From a virus (lineage: Duplodnaviria; Caudoviricetes), in IMG/VR virus record IMGVR_UViG_3300030330_002711, positions 1-24,525 of that record: a stretch of DNA of 24,525 nt; one strand, written 5' to 3'. The number at the start of each line of letters is the position of its first letter. Positions within the stretch are counted from its first letter, which is position 1. Below, piece by piece: positions 10,401 to 17,627 of this stretch. The notes beneath the pieces were generated by a model. It saw only the letters and a program-made list of their open reading frames with translations. It was not told where the DNA came from and made no database searches. Position numbers and translations under genes: made by a program.

Positions 10401-10632
10401 AGGAGTAGAAGAAGGCGAAAGATTTTTAGAAACAGATGGTATTGATCCGAGAGCTCCGTTAATAGGTGGCAGTCAAACTATGACTAGACCTCCTCAAGTA
10501 TCTTTAGACATTCCTGATGTTCAACCTATCGCAAGTGCGCCTAGTAGCACTAGACAAGGCACTCCAATCGGCCCAACATTATTACCAAACCCAAGAGATC
10601 AAGAAATCGCTGAGTTACTCAGACGAGTTTAG
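7393..10632 (+). CDS. Large putative internal virion (ejection) protein
   Basis: 1079 aa, helical, N-terminal glycine-zipper segments (GVVGPIVGSIAG, GTGAGAVAG), last gene of the structural operon as in podoviruses. Confidence 0.65.
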   Translation: MSKKIRLPNGRYIKVKTNDLQLAKERAAEYYRQGGEGFIDAKTQRLAEAYDSNFDYDTGVDAPWLRAKLGAQETLLGKEKVLEEAVGTNGYTIDSSGKLALTPLGLERMGIPTSTNQNVVIDETGFGFGDLADFSGVVGPIVGSIAGSIITRGRIKPKVPGIKTKTLMDIGKISVGTGAGAVAGKSSEEALEYVTGLQDQSPGELAELAAQEFAIGAGGEFAFGVGGKLLKSAFGQNAINVQGAQIGRDKLLKASALAGPGVTDGNDVYKGAVALAALESPLIGRLQPILETIGGSKSRVKGLEDTLIATLKNNYRATNDLTEQFSKSVDEIKASGFADAASDVVAGRAIREILEKQELSARKALDVAESKLDETVSNILRNMDAFATPATTETGFAIREFTEQAYKSWKDTSDDLYAQVNKFFEKDVNLVDLAAESGKSVEEFSALLPRGGKITEQLEWIDATPIRTYADLLDAKLIGKGVSEEDEIRKSLQFLKDLGGNDSTISLENLLRIRSDLATKARATSEGVDFAKFSDMERSNFLDSIDRIINNLADGDEYAVKLYANAVGRRRVTKQLANKVKSHMDALKIANSYFARGLQAFDRPTFKSILNDAQAGGFDTDQILTKVLKKNNGQDLKRFLDTLDFKTAGIRKQYDELGRVSRSGEPSRVPFLKVGGEDILAKADIKLNQTVFENKEQVRNMLQREFIRNLVKNINRTGNMNYNKLANAIDGYGTTADELFGGSAAKNEFLKTLRDTEELVNVGSLDEFNNLITSKSSAQGIQDALKERIMAQADLQDIQKLDVFRRIQRGTIDSEEIVAKIFKPASSDEIVKVKELLGGPESEAFKQFQETAMRKILQDVVNPGEDVITKLFNDGAFVKAIDRYGSEVLEQTFGEEQAKALIKAKDVVKFAMDGERAAGGGSLFTQGFLFRYIFDPIRATGVFTPIRIMASLLGRPQVIKWLAGDVSNKEFARQIPTLLDYYGVAFPAAKVGASQLGIREVVEGVEEGERFLETDGIDPRAPLIGGSQTMTRPPQVSLDIPDVQPIASAPSSTRQGTPIGPTLLPNPRDQEIAELLRRV

Positions 10633-11102
10633 TTATAGTTAATCCCAAGTTCTTCTCTATCAAATCCTAAAGGTTTATCTGACAGACAATCCAGTTCGTT
10701 CCTGGAAAAGTGTATATATGGCTCTGAGTCTTCTGGTAGTTGCGGTTCAGCTATCGTACCGAATCTGACATCATATACTTTATTTTTATCCCAAGTGTGT
10801 GAATACACGCTATCAGTCATAGCAAACACAATTACGAATGGATGATTGGTAGCTAAAGATAAAGCACCGCCCATCCTGAGTTTAGACGCGCTCAATAACA
10901 GCGTATCGTATCTATCAATACCGAAGCTGCGACACTTAACTTCTAACCAGAATGATGACTGTTTACTTTCGCACCAGTAGTCCAATCCGTATGATACTGG
11001 TAGTTTATTGCAACTGACTCCCCATAATCCCTCTATAAAACCAGCGACTCTTTCTTCTCTTTTTTGGTCGTTGATCGTTTCCATTTTTGGTTTTGCGTTC
11101 AT
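10629..11102 (-). CDS. PD-(D/E)XK superfamily nuclease-like protein
   Basis: E…LDY…LEVKCR catalytic pattern, GAGG SD, downstream of the primase-helicase. Confidence 0.7.
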   Translation of the reverse strand: MNAKPKMETINDQKREERVAGFIEGLWGVSCNKLPVSYGLDYWCESKQSSFWLEVKCRSFGIDRYDTLLLSASKLRMGGALSLATNHPFVIVFAMTDSVYSHTWDKNKVYDVRFGTIAEPQLPEDSEPYIHFSRNELDCLSDKPLGFDREELGINYN

Positions 11103-11110
11103 TTACCCTC

Positions 11111-13231
11111 CTAGTCTTCAAAGAAGTCTGGATCTATCGCTACTATCCTTTTCATTGGCCTACCAGAAGTTTTTGTACGCACACTCTTCTCTTGTATCTC
11201 GCCTGCGTTCATCAATCTTTTAATAATTTCTTTAACCTCAAACGACTTCATTGATCTAAATATTTCTCTTCTGTCGATATCTCTCTTACTGATACCGATT
11301 TCTCCTTGCGTCCTGATGAAACTCAAGACTTGTTTTATTCTGCTTTCCATCTCTGACCCTGCGACTTTATCCTCACATGTATCAATCATTATCTGATCGT
11401 AGTAATTTACATAATTTATTGCCCATTCTGTCATTTCACCCGATATAACTTTTGAATTTGGGTTTTCGGACATCTGACATATCAAAGCCAATCGCATCGC
11501 TTTCTCTTTTGTTCGCGACAAAAGGACTTCTAGTCCATCTTTCTCTAATTTGTCTTGTTGTCTTATCAAATCGTGAGCAAGGACATTCAACAAATCTAGT
11601 GAGTGCTGATCAAATTTTACAACTCTTTGTTTTAAATCTAATTCTGAATTATTTATTGCAACCTCTTCCATTTCATTTCTTGGTTGTCTGACCCTTCTTA
11701 TCCATTCGCATATGTCGTAATCAGGTTCGCTGTAAGATACTAGCCTACCGACTGCTCTTGGTAACTTTGATTCCACAACAATAAATCTATTTAAAAATCC
11801 ATCTACGATACGACCAGTAGATAAAGCACCATAAAAGTTACGTGGTACTGACATACCTATCAAAGTGATTGCAGGTTTCATCGTAGAGCGATTTAGAGCC
11901 TCCTCCTGCTGTTTTGCGGTCATATTCATAAGAGAGTAGTTGTCAGGTCTTAAAGTGCCGTGACAGCGACCCCAGGACTCCATAAGCACCTGTAAAGCAT
12001 CCTCTTTGTTTGAGTTCGATGATTTGGCGATACTTTCTAATCTTTTACCAAATTCATCCATCACAGTGATGTGTGTTGGTTTATGTCTGAGTAAACTGTA
12101 AACAGCACCCGAACTGGTGTATCCATCGCCTGCCATAATGTCAGCGTGTCCTGATGCGTCTAATATTGATTCTATTGTAGTTTTTACGTTTTCTTTCCCT
12201 TGTCCTGATTTTGCAATACACATAAAAAACAAAGACGAGAAGTTGTTCATATCTGTTCTGTATATACGACCAAGTGCAACAGATCCAAAAGCAAGTGCTG
12301 TTTGTAAAGATAGTGCAGGTTGTTGTATGTGTGCAATCCTCTGAGAATATTCGTAAACATTTTTGAGTATGCCTGGTGGATTGTATAAATCTTTTGGTTC
12401 TTTAATTGTGTATTGATTTTTCTTGAATAATGGTGCTTGTTGATTTTTTCTTTGGTGAGTTTTTAATATGGAATTGACTGTCGTTGATATTTCATTTTTT
12501 GATAGCGGCGGTTTATTTTGCAAGTTCCATTGTTGAACAAAGAATTCAACCATTTCAATACTAACACCTTTAGCAATCAAGTTGCCTGCCAATCTAGCTG
12601 CATTGTCATTACGACTGCCTTGAACAACACCATCCATCGAAAAAGGAGTTGATATTGGTTTGCCGTTTATTTTTTCAGCACCTGTTATTTGAATCCAGTT
12701 TTCTTTGGTGAAGTCTGGTAAATCGCTAGTATCATGCCAATCCCACCCAGGTATGAACTTTGGTTCATATATAGCACCTGTAGCATGTATGTTGTATGGT
12801 GCAATAATTAATCCGCCTGTCCCTCTGATATCAATCAGTTTTGCAGGGTCACTTGAGTTTGTTCTTCTTGCAACGTAGGTCGTATAGTTTTCTGGATTAT
12901 TGTAGTAATAGTGCATACCCTTACCAGTAACAACCTTACAAGGTGTGTTTGGCAAATTCTTTTCTGCCCAAATGACAGCTTCTGGTGTATCTGCATCTAC
13001 GACGATAAATTTACCGCATATCAAAGCGACAACAAGATCGTCACGACCCTCAAACCATTTTGTTATTTGTTCTTCGCTTGGCTGTTTATCTTTAAATTGC
13101 TGCCAACCGCCTAGTTCTTTTGGCGGTACTTTATTATGACGCATTAACGGTACTGGTGAGTATCCATGTTCCAGATATGCCAACGCAAGATCAAGCGCAG
13201 TATCCTGCGCAGATACTTCTATGTTAAGCAC
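11111..13231 (-). CDS. Bifunctional primase-polymerase (Prim-Pol + PriCT-1) fused to a P-loop helicase (DUF3987-like)
   Basis: VVDAD, TGKGMHYYY and DIRGTGGLIIAP AEP motifs; GSRND…WN…PPL PriCT; Walker A AKSGQGKE; Walker B VMDEFG; GTG start overlapping the upstream TAG. Confidence 0.88.
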   Translation of the reverse strand: MLNIEVSAQDTALDLALAYLEHGYSPVPLMRHNKVPPKELGGWQQFKDKQPSEEQITKWFEGRDDLVVALICGKFIVVDADTPEAVIWAEKNLPNTPCKVVTGKGMHYYYNNPENYTTYVARRTNSSDPAKLIDIRGTGGLIIAPYNIHATGAIYEPKFIPGWDWHDTSDLPDFTKENWIQITGAEKINGKPISTPFSMDGVVQGSRNDNAARLAGNLIAKGVSIEMVEFFVQQWNLQNKPPLSKNEISTTVNSILKTHQRKNQQAPLFKKNQYTIKEPKDLYNPPGILKNVYEYSQRIAHIQQPALSLQTALAFGSVALGRIYRTDMNNFSSLFFMCIAKSGQGKENVKTTIESILDASGHADIMAGDGYTSSGAVYSLLRHKPTHITVMDEFGKRLESIAKSSNSNKEDALQVLMESWGRCHGTLRPDNYSLMNMTAKQQEEALNRSTMKPAITLIGMSVPRNFYGALSTGRIVDGFLNRFIVVESKLPRAVGRLVSYSEPDYDICEWIRRVRQPRNEMEEVAINNSELDLKQRVVKFDQHSLDLLNVLAHDLIRQQDKLEKDGLEVLLSRTKEKAMRLALICQMSENPNSKVISGEMTEWAINYVNYYDQIMIDTCEDKVAGSEMESRIKQVLSFIRTQGEIGISKRDIDRREIFRSMKSFEVKEIIKRLMNAGEIQEKSVRTKTSGRPMKRIVAIDPDFFED

Positions 13232-13569
13232 TAGCTTTCTTTCTTAGTTTCGTCTATTGGCCCATAAATAGATTCAAAATCTAATTTACCGCCAGTATTC
13301 TTTATAATGATTTTTGCTTGCTTAATGGAGGGTTGTCTTCTGCCGTATCTATATGCTTTTGCAGTTCCTGGAGTACATTCAAACAGTTTTGCTGCTGCCT
13401 CCGTACCCATGAATTCTATGTATTGTCTCAATGTGTATCTTTGCACCTCTCTCTCCTTATATTCAGGTTCAAATCCCTCTTGATAAAGGGTCTTGAGTAT
13501 GTCGTTTGATAGTTCTTTTTGTCTAAAATAATAATTTGTAATCCATTGTTTGTTTTTTGTTTTGTTCAT
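13231..13569 (-). CDS. Cro-like helix-turn-helix regulator
   Basis: TLRQYI…GTEAAAKLFECTPGTAKAYRYGRRQPS…TGGKL; an internal AAGGAG-GTG start is also present at 13446. Confidence 0.75.
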   Translation of the reverse strand: MNKTKNKQWITNYYFRQKELSNDILKTLYQEGFEPEYKEREVQRYTLRQYIEFMGTEAAAKLFECTPGTAKAYRYGRRQPSIKQAKIIIKNTGGKLDFESIYGPIDETKKES

Positions 13570-13642
13570 GCTACAATAAGTCCCAATTGAGTGAAAAACT
13601 AAGTGTAGCTCAATTTGTTATTAAATAAAAGTTAAACTTTAA

Positions 13643-13648
13643 TATAAT
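13643..13648 (+). promoter_or_regulatory. -10 element (TATAAT) of the sak4-ssb operon
   Basis: Perfect TATAAT just upstream of GGAG-ATG in a divergent intergenic gap; no clear -35. Confidence 0.5.
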
Positions 13649-13664
13649 TTTCATGGAGAAAGAT

Positions 13665-14381
13665 ATGAACGATAGTATATTATCACGTATAAAAACTCCA
13701 AACGAACTTGTGGAACAACAGGGTGCTAAGTTGCTGATCTACGGTGAGTCTGGAGCAGGAAAAACGACTTCTCTCAAAACTGCACCTGGTAAAACCTTAG
13801 TTGTAAGTATGGAGAGTGGTTTATTATCTATTAAAGATGCTGACAATTTGACGGCGATTGAAGTCAAAGAAGCATCCGAAATAGAAGAGATAGCACAAAT
13901 GTTAGAAAACGGCACACTCGAATACGATACAGTATGTTTGGATAGTATTACCGAGATGTCAGAGATTTTGTTATCTCAGGAAAAAGCAAAATCAAAAGAT
14001 CCACGAAGAGCATACGGAGAGGTAATCGAAGTAATGATTAAAACTATGCGTAGGTTTAGAGATTTGCCAATACATGTAGTTTTTATTGCCAAACAAGCAA
14101 GAGAACGTGACGAGGCAACTGGCATGTTTCATTATCAACCGATGATGGTGGGTGCTAAGTTACCGACACAAATACCTTACTTTTTTGATGAAGTGCTAGT
14201 CCTCAGAACTTTTGACGACGAAACTAAAGAAGGTAATAAGATTGTCAGTCGTTGGTTTCAAACAAGGGTGGGACAAAACTACATAGCGAAAGACAGAAGT
14301 GGGAAGTTAGCAGAGTTTGAAGAACCTAACTTAACTAATATTATTAACAAACTAGGATTTGCATCAGGGGGTGCAGTATGA
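13665..14381 (+). CDS. sak4: Sak4-like AAA ATPase (single-strand annealing recombinase, AAA_24)
   Basis: Walker A YGESGAGKTT, Walker B VCLDS, AKDRSGKL C-terminal motif, followed by an SSB. Start 13665 after GGAG (13653 possible). Confidence 0.85.
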   Translation: MNDSILSRIKTPNELVEQQGAKLLIYGESGAGKTTSLKTAPGKTLVVSMESGLLSIKDADNLTAIEVKEASEIEEIAQMLENGTLEYDTVCLDSITEMSEILLSQEKAKSKDPRRAYGEVIEVMIKTMRRFRDLPIHVVFIAKQARERDEATGMFHYQPMMVGAKLPTQIPYFFDEVLVLRTFDDETKEGNKIVSRWFQTRVGQNYIAKDRSGKLAEFEEPNLTNIINKLGFASGGAV

Positions 14382-14887
14382 GCGATTTTGAAGGATTAGA
14401 TATAAACATGGAAGAAACAGAAAGCGGTTCATTCATACCAGAGGGCGAATACCCTTGTATTATAAATGTATCCGAAATAGCAACTTCACAGGCAGGTAAC
14501 GATTACCTAAAATTAGAACTATCAGTAACTGGTGAGAAATACAATGGTTGGAGAGTGAGGAAAAACTTCAATCTTTGGTATAAACATGCAGATGCAGAAA
14601 AACAAAGTAAGACCAGAGGTTACGCTAATAAAGATTTTGCACGTTTTTTGAAAGCATGTGGCATGGATAAACCACCAAAAAGTCATGTTGCCTTACAAGG
14701 TAAAGAAGTAATCTGCAAGTTAATAGTAAAAGAAGCGGAAGAGGGATCGGAGTACGGGCCAAGTAATGAAGTACAATCTTTTAGTAAAATAGAAAGATTG
14801 ACTCCTCCGAAAGCATCTAGCTTGCCACCGAGCATGTCAGAGGACAAAGAGAAGGAAGATGATACTCCAAAACCACCTTCTTTATAA
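14378..14887 (+). CDS. DUF669-like phage single-stranded DNA-binding protein
   Basis: IPEGEY…SQAGNDYLKLEL…GEKYNG…NFNL…LQGK…NEV pattern; ATGA-coupled to sak4. Confidence 0.8.
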   Translation: MSDFEGLDINMEETESGSFIPEGEYPCIINVSEIATSQAGNDYLKLELSVTGEKYNGWRVRKNFNLWYKHADAEKQSKTRGYANKDFARFLKACGMDKPPKSHVALQGKEVICKLIVKEAEEGSEYGPSNEVQSFSKIERLTPPKASSLPPSMSEDKEKEDDTPKPPSL

Positions 14888-14900
14888 ATCCACACGGCTC

Positions 14901-15050
14901 GCTAGGGGTCGAAGAGTAAAGTGTTCTCCATACCCTAATCATCGCACTTTCTCGACCTAGCAAAGTTGTACCTTATTGCTACGAGGCTCCTCCTATATGG
15001 CCTTATTGAACAACCTTGGTGCAGTTGTGTAGCGAAACGCACCTTTTTTT
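14901..15050 (+). ncRNA. Candidate structured RNA with two anti-SD loops and a terminator
   Basis: Hairpin 14901-14961 (GCTAG/CTAGC, GTC/GAC, GAG/CTC, AAAGTG/CACTTT; loop TCTCCATACC…), hairpin 14983-15004 (loop CCTCCTATAT), then a GGTGC/GCACC-T7 hairpin. Confidence 0.5.
15018..15050 (+). terminator. Intrinsic terminator-like hairpin
   Basis: GGTGC(A)GTT…AAC GCACC followed by seven T. Confidence 0.55.
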
Positions 15051-15064
15051 ATAAGGAGAGATTT

Positions 15065-15397
15065 ATCAAACCAAGTTCAGCAAAAGCAAAAGGCAGACTG
15101 CTACAACAGAAGTTTAGAAATATGTTAGTAGATATTCTTGGACTTGACGAAGATGATCTTGAAAGTCGTCCGATGGGGAGTGCTGGTGAAGACATAATTA
15201 TGGGCAAGCAATCCAGAGACAAGTTTCCCTACAGCATCGAGTGCAAGAACCAAGAGGCTATCAATATCTGGAAGTCCTACGACCAAGCATCAAAAAACTG
15301 TAAAGGGTATGAGCCTTTAGTTGTTCTCAAAAGGAATAGAAGTAAAGTATTGGTTTTATTAGATGCAGAACATTTTGTAAAACTGCATAAAGACTAA
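15065..15397 (+). CDS. Holliday junction resolvase-like PD-(D/E)XK nuclease, apparent ATC start
   Basis: KPSSAKAKGR…MGSAGEDI…YSIECKNQE…EPLVVLKRNR; AAGGAG 6 nt before an in-frame ATC at 15065. Confidence 0.75.
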   Translation: MKPSSAKAKGRLLQQKFRNMLVDILGLDEDDLESRPMGSAGEDIIMGKQSRDKFPYSIECKNQEAINIWKSYDQASKNCKGYEPLVVLKRNRSKVLVLLDAEHFVKLHKD

Positions 15398-15633
15398 TAA
15401 ATATTTTCGTCAATTAATTTTTGTAAGTACCACCAGGCTTTTCGTAAATCTTCGATACCATTATCATGTTTCTTTTCGTATCTCCACAAGTATTTAATAC
15501 AACACGCTTTTAGATGCGCCTTGAATTGATCGTGCGTCATACTGGCTTTGATGGCATCAATACATTGTATCTCGCCTTCGCTTTTGTAGTGGTCAGGGTT
15601 TATATTGTCTTTAATTTTATTAGGTGGTCTCAT
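15394..15633 (-). CDS. DUF3310 family protein (T7 gp1.7 nucleotide kinase / SaV-like)
   Basis: DNINPDHY…IQCIDAI…KYLWRYEKK…IEDLRKAWWYL. Confidence 0.85.
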   Translation of the reverse strand: MRPPNKIKDNINPDHYKSEGEIQCIDAIKASMTHDQFKAHLKACCIKYLWRYEKKHDNGIEDLRKAWWYLQKLIDENIY

Positions 15634-16459
15634 TTTCTAAATCCAAGGTCACGATATTCGGACTATTGTAAATTGTTGGTTTATTACCCTTCATACATCT
15701 TTTGATGTTATCCAGGTGCGTGTTCATTGTTTCCCAAGCAACATCCATTTGCTTATCTGTAATTATGAATACCTTACTTGCGTATGGCGGTTTCTTTTCT
15801 TGAGCAACAAATACAAATTCTTTTACTTTATAGCCTGCAGCTTCCATACCGCGTCTATACCAAGACGCTTGTTCTGCATAGCCATACTTCAATACAGAAT
15901 CTCTGAAATACTCAGGAGAGCAACTGTAAGTGGTTTTGTAATCCACAACTACAATTTCATGCGGTTTATGTGGGCTTCTTGGTTGGCAAATAACATCAGG
16001 ACGGCATTTGCAAAGAACTTCGTCTTCATACCAGTAAAATGATGCTTCGGCAATTTTGCCCTCACCATTCAAATACATATCACCCTCTGGAATCATGTGG
16101 TCACGCATCGCCATAATATCTTTGTATTCGTTTTCTTTAATACAGCACATACCTCGATCTAGTATGTCTTGTTTAAGTTCTTTGTTTATTTTGGTATATG
16201 GAGATCCAACAATTACTCCAACGTCTCTGGAAAAAGCATCTTCACCCTCTACAAGAAGAGAGTGCGCTGCTGTTCCAAAATTCATAGCTGCTGTTGTTTC
16301 TTGTTCTAATTCAAGCGCGTGTAACTGGCTCTCACCAAATTTACGCACGTAAGATGAACTGATACCTATATCTGAATGATAATCTTCATTTGATATACCA
16401 GTATAAATAAAAGCATCACCGCGCTTCTCACATTTGTATTGATCTAATGGGTGTTTCAT
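15620..16459 (-). CDS. RecE/exonuclease VIII-like PD-(D/E)XK exonuclease (DUF3799-like)
   Basis: NEDYH…ISSS, FGTAAHSLLVE, CKCRPD, VDYKTT, YGYAEQASWY, FVFVAQEKKPPY; AGGAG SD. Confidence 0.87.
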   Translation of the reverse strand: MKHPLDQYKCEKRGDAFIYTGISNEDYHSDIGISSSYVRKFGESQLHALELEQETTAAMNFGTAAHSLLVEGEDAFSRDVGVIVGSPYTKINKELKQDILDRGMCCIKENEYKDIMAMRDHMIPEGDMYLNGEGKIAEASFYWYEDEVLCKCRPDVICQPRSPHKPHEIVVVDYKTTYSCSPEYFRDSVLKYGYAEQASWYRRGMEAAGYKVKEFVFVAQEKKPPYASKVFIITDKQMDVAWETMNTHLDNIKRCMKGNKPTIYNSPNIVTLDLENETT

Positions 16460-16468
16460 TTGGTTCTC

Positions 16469-16879
16469 CTAAAATGGAAGACTATCAAGATCGTCGTCAA
16501 ATTCGTCTTCATCAAAATGTACTTTCTTCTTATCGTTTTTATCTGGCGGTGGATACATATTTAGTTTCCGTTCAAACTCAAAATAATCTGCGTCATACTC
16601 TGTATAATCCAGCAAAGCTGTTTGAATTAAATCTTCATTGAAATAAGGTTCAGGCCAAAATCCAAACCTGTTATATATGGTTTGCATGTTTTCTTGAAAT
16701 GACTTTTTATTGTCATACATGGGTTTACCGATAGATAGCCAGTATTTTCTTATTTCTCTCAACCCTTCTTTGTCGCCCTGGTAAATTATATCGTACTCAG
16801 TTTTTTCGTATGGCAAGTATATGTAACCGCCTTTATTACGATTGAAGACGTAGCACTTGATGGGTTTACCTATCGTCAT
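16469..16879 (-). CDS. Hypothetical protein with an acidic SSB-like C-terminal tip
   Basis: Aromatic-rich 136 aa ending DEDEFDDDLDSLPF; GGAG SD within the upstream gene. Confidence 0.75.
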   Translation of the reverse strand: MTIGKPIKCYVFNRNKGGYIYLPYEKTEYDIIYQGDKEGLREIRKYWLSIGKPMYDNKKSFQENMQTIYNRFGFWPEPYFNEDLIQTALLDYTEYDADYFEFERKLNMYPPPDKNDKKKVHFDEDEFDDDLDSLPF

Positions 16880-17114
16880 TTATCAGTCTCCTCTCTGATT
16901 CTTTATAGACATCTTCAAATACAATAGGGTATCTTTCTCTTAATACAGTCAAAGCGTATGCCATTCTGTTCATTGATTCGAGGTCGCTGCAAAATAATTC
17001 TGTAGATTCGAGATCAACAGGTTCAAAGCGTACAGGCATTTTGATTTTTTTTGGCTTAACGGTTATCTTTTTTGGGACTGCAATATCTTCAATAGTTTTG
17101 TTTAGTTCTGACAT
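16866..17114 (-). CDS. Hypothetical protein
   Basis: GGAG SD, first gene of a leftward operon. Confidence 0.75.
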   Translation of the reverse strand: MSELNKTIEDIAVPKKITVKPKKIKMPVRFEPVDLESTELFCSDLESMNRMAYALTVLRERYPIVFEDVYKESERRLINDDR

Positions 17115-17147
17115 TTAATTCTCCAATTAAATTGTATATTTTAGAAC

Positions 17148-17176
17148 ATTGTACTTTATTACATCTTTATAAGCAA
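17148..17176 (-). promoter_or_regulatory. Sigma70-like leftward promoter
   Basis: TTGCTT-17 nt-TACAAT on the minus strand upstream of ATG 17114. Confidence 0.55.
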
Positions 17177-17208
17177 CATTTTGAATAACTATATGAAGTA
17201 ACAATATG

Positions 17209-17238
17209 TTGAAATAAATATTTACATATGTTTATAAT
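17209..17238 (+). promoter_or_regulatory. Sigma70-like rightward promoter
   Basis: TTGAAA-18 nt-TATAAT. Confidence 0.6.
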
Positions 17239-17246
17239 AAAGTATT

Positions 17247-17299
17247 GGGTAAGACAGGAACTACATACCATAAAAACACACATACCCCCTGTCTTGCCC
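17247..17299 (+). promoter_or_regulatory. 5' leader hairpin with a large loop
   Basis: GGGTAAGACAGG / CCTGTCTTGCCC, 12 bp with one U-G wobble on the + strand; loop carries ACATACC twice. Confidence 0.6.
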
Positions 17300-17326
17300 T
17301 TTCTTTAAATCAATATGGAGAAAGGT

Positions 17327-17497
17327 ATGCCAAGATTAAATAACTTTCAAATTTTCGTTCGTAGAATGTATTATCAAAATTGCAGAGAGCGTAGAGACAA
17401 CGGACAAAAACCTTACTTTGATTGGGAAGAATACTTGAGTAAAAACGAAGAATTTTTAAAACAAAAATACCAGGAGAAAAAAGATGATGTGTCCTAA
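17327..17497 (+). CDS. Hypothetical protein
   Basis: GGAG 6 nt before ATG 17327 (the ORF track start at 17315 overlaps the SD). Confidence 0.7.
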   Translation: MPRLNNFQIFVRRMYYQNCRERRDNGQKPYFDWEEYLSKNEEFLKQKYQEKKDDVS

Positions 17498-17627
17498 GTG
17501 CGATGAAGGCTATATTGTTACGCAAGAAGCCGAGCCAGATATAGGTATTCCAAAAGTACATTACTGCGAAGAGTGTGATGAGGTATATGATGAATATGAA
17601 ATCGACGAAATTAGGTATGACTTATGA
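17484..17627 (+). CDS. Small acidic zinc-ribbon protein (47 aa, not in the ORF track)
   Basis: MMCPKCDEG…HYCEECDEVYDEYEIDEIRYDL; two CxxC; AGGAG SD; ATGA coupling to the next gene. Confidence 0.75.
   Translation: MMCPKCDEGYIVTQEAEPDIGIPKVHYCEECDEVYDEYEIDEIRYDL

Noticed and set aside
15031-15040. CGAAAC suggesting a hammerhead ribozyme
   Set aside because: No CUGANGA core found nearby on either strand
14966-15064. N-terminal extension of the resolvase-like ORF from TTG 14966
   Set aside because: No SD, runs through hairpins and a terminator, and family-like sequence begins only at 15065
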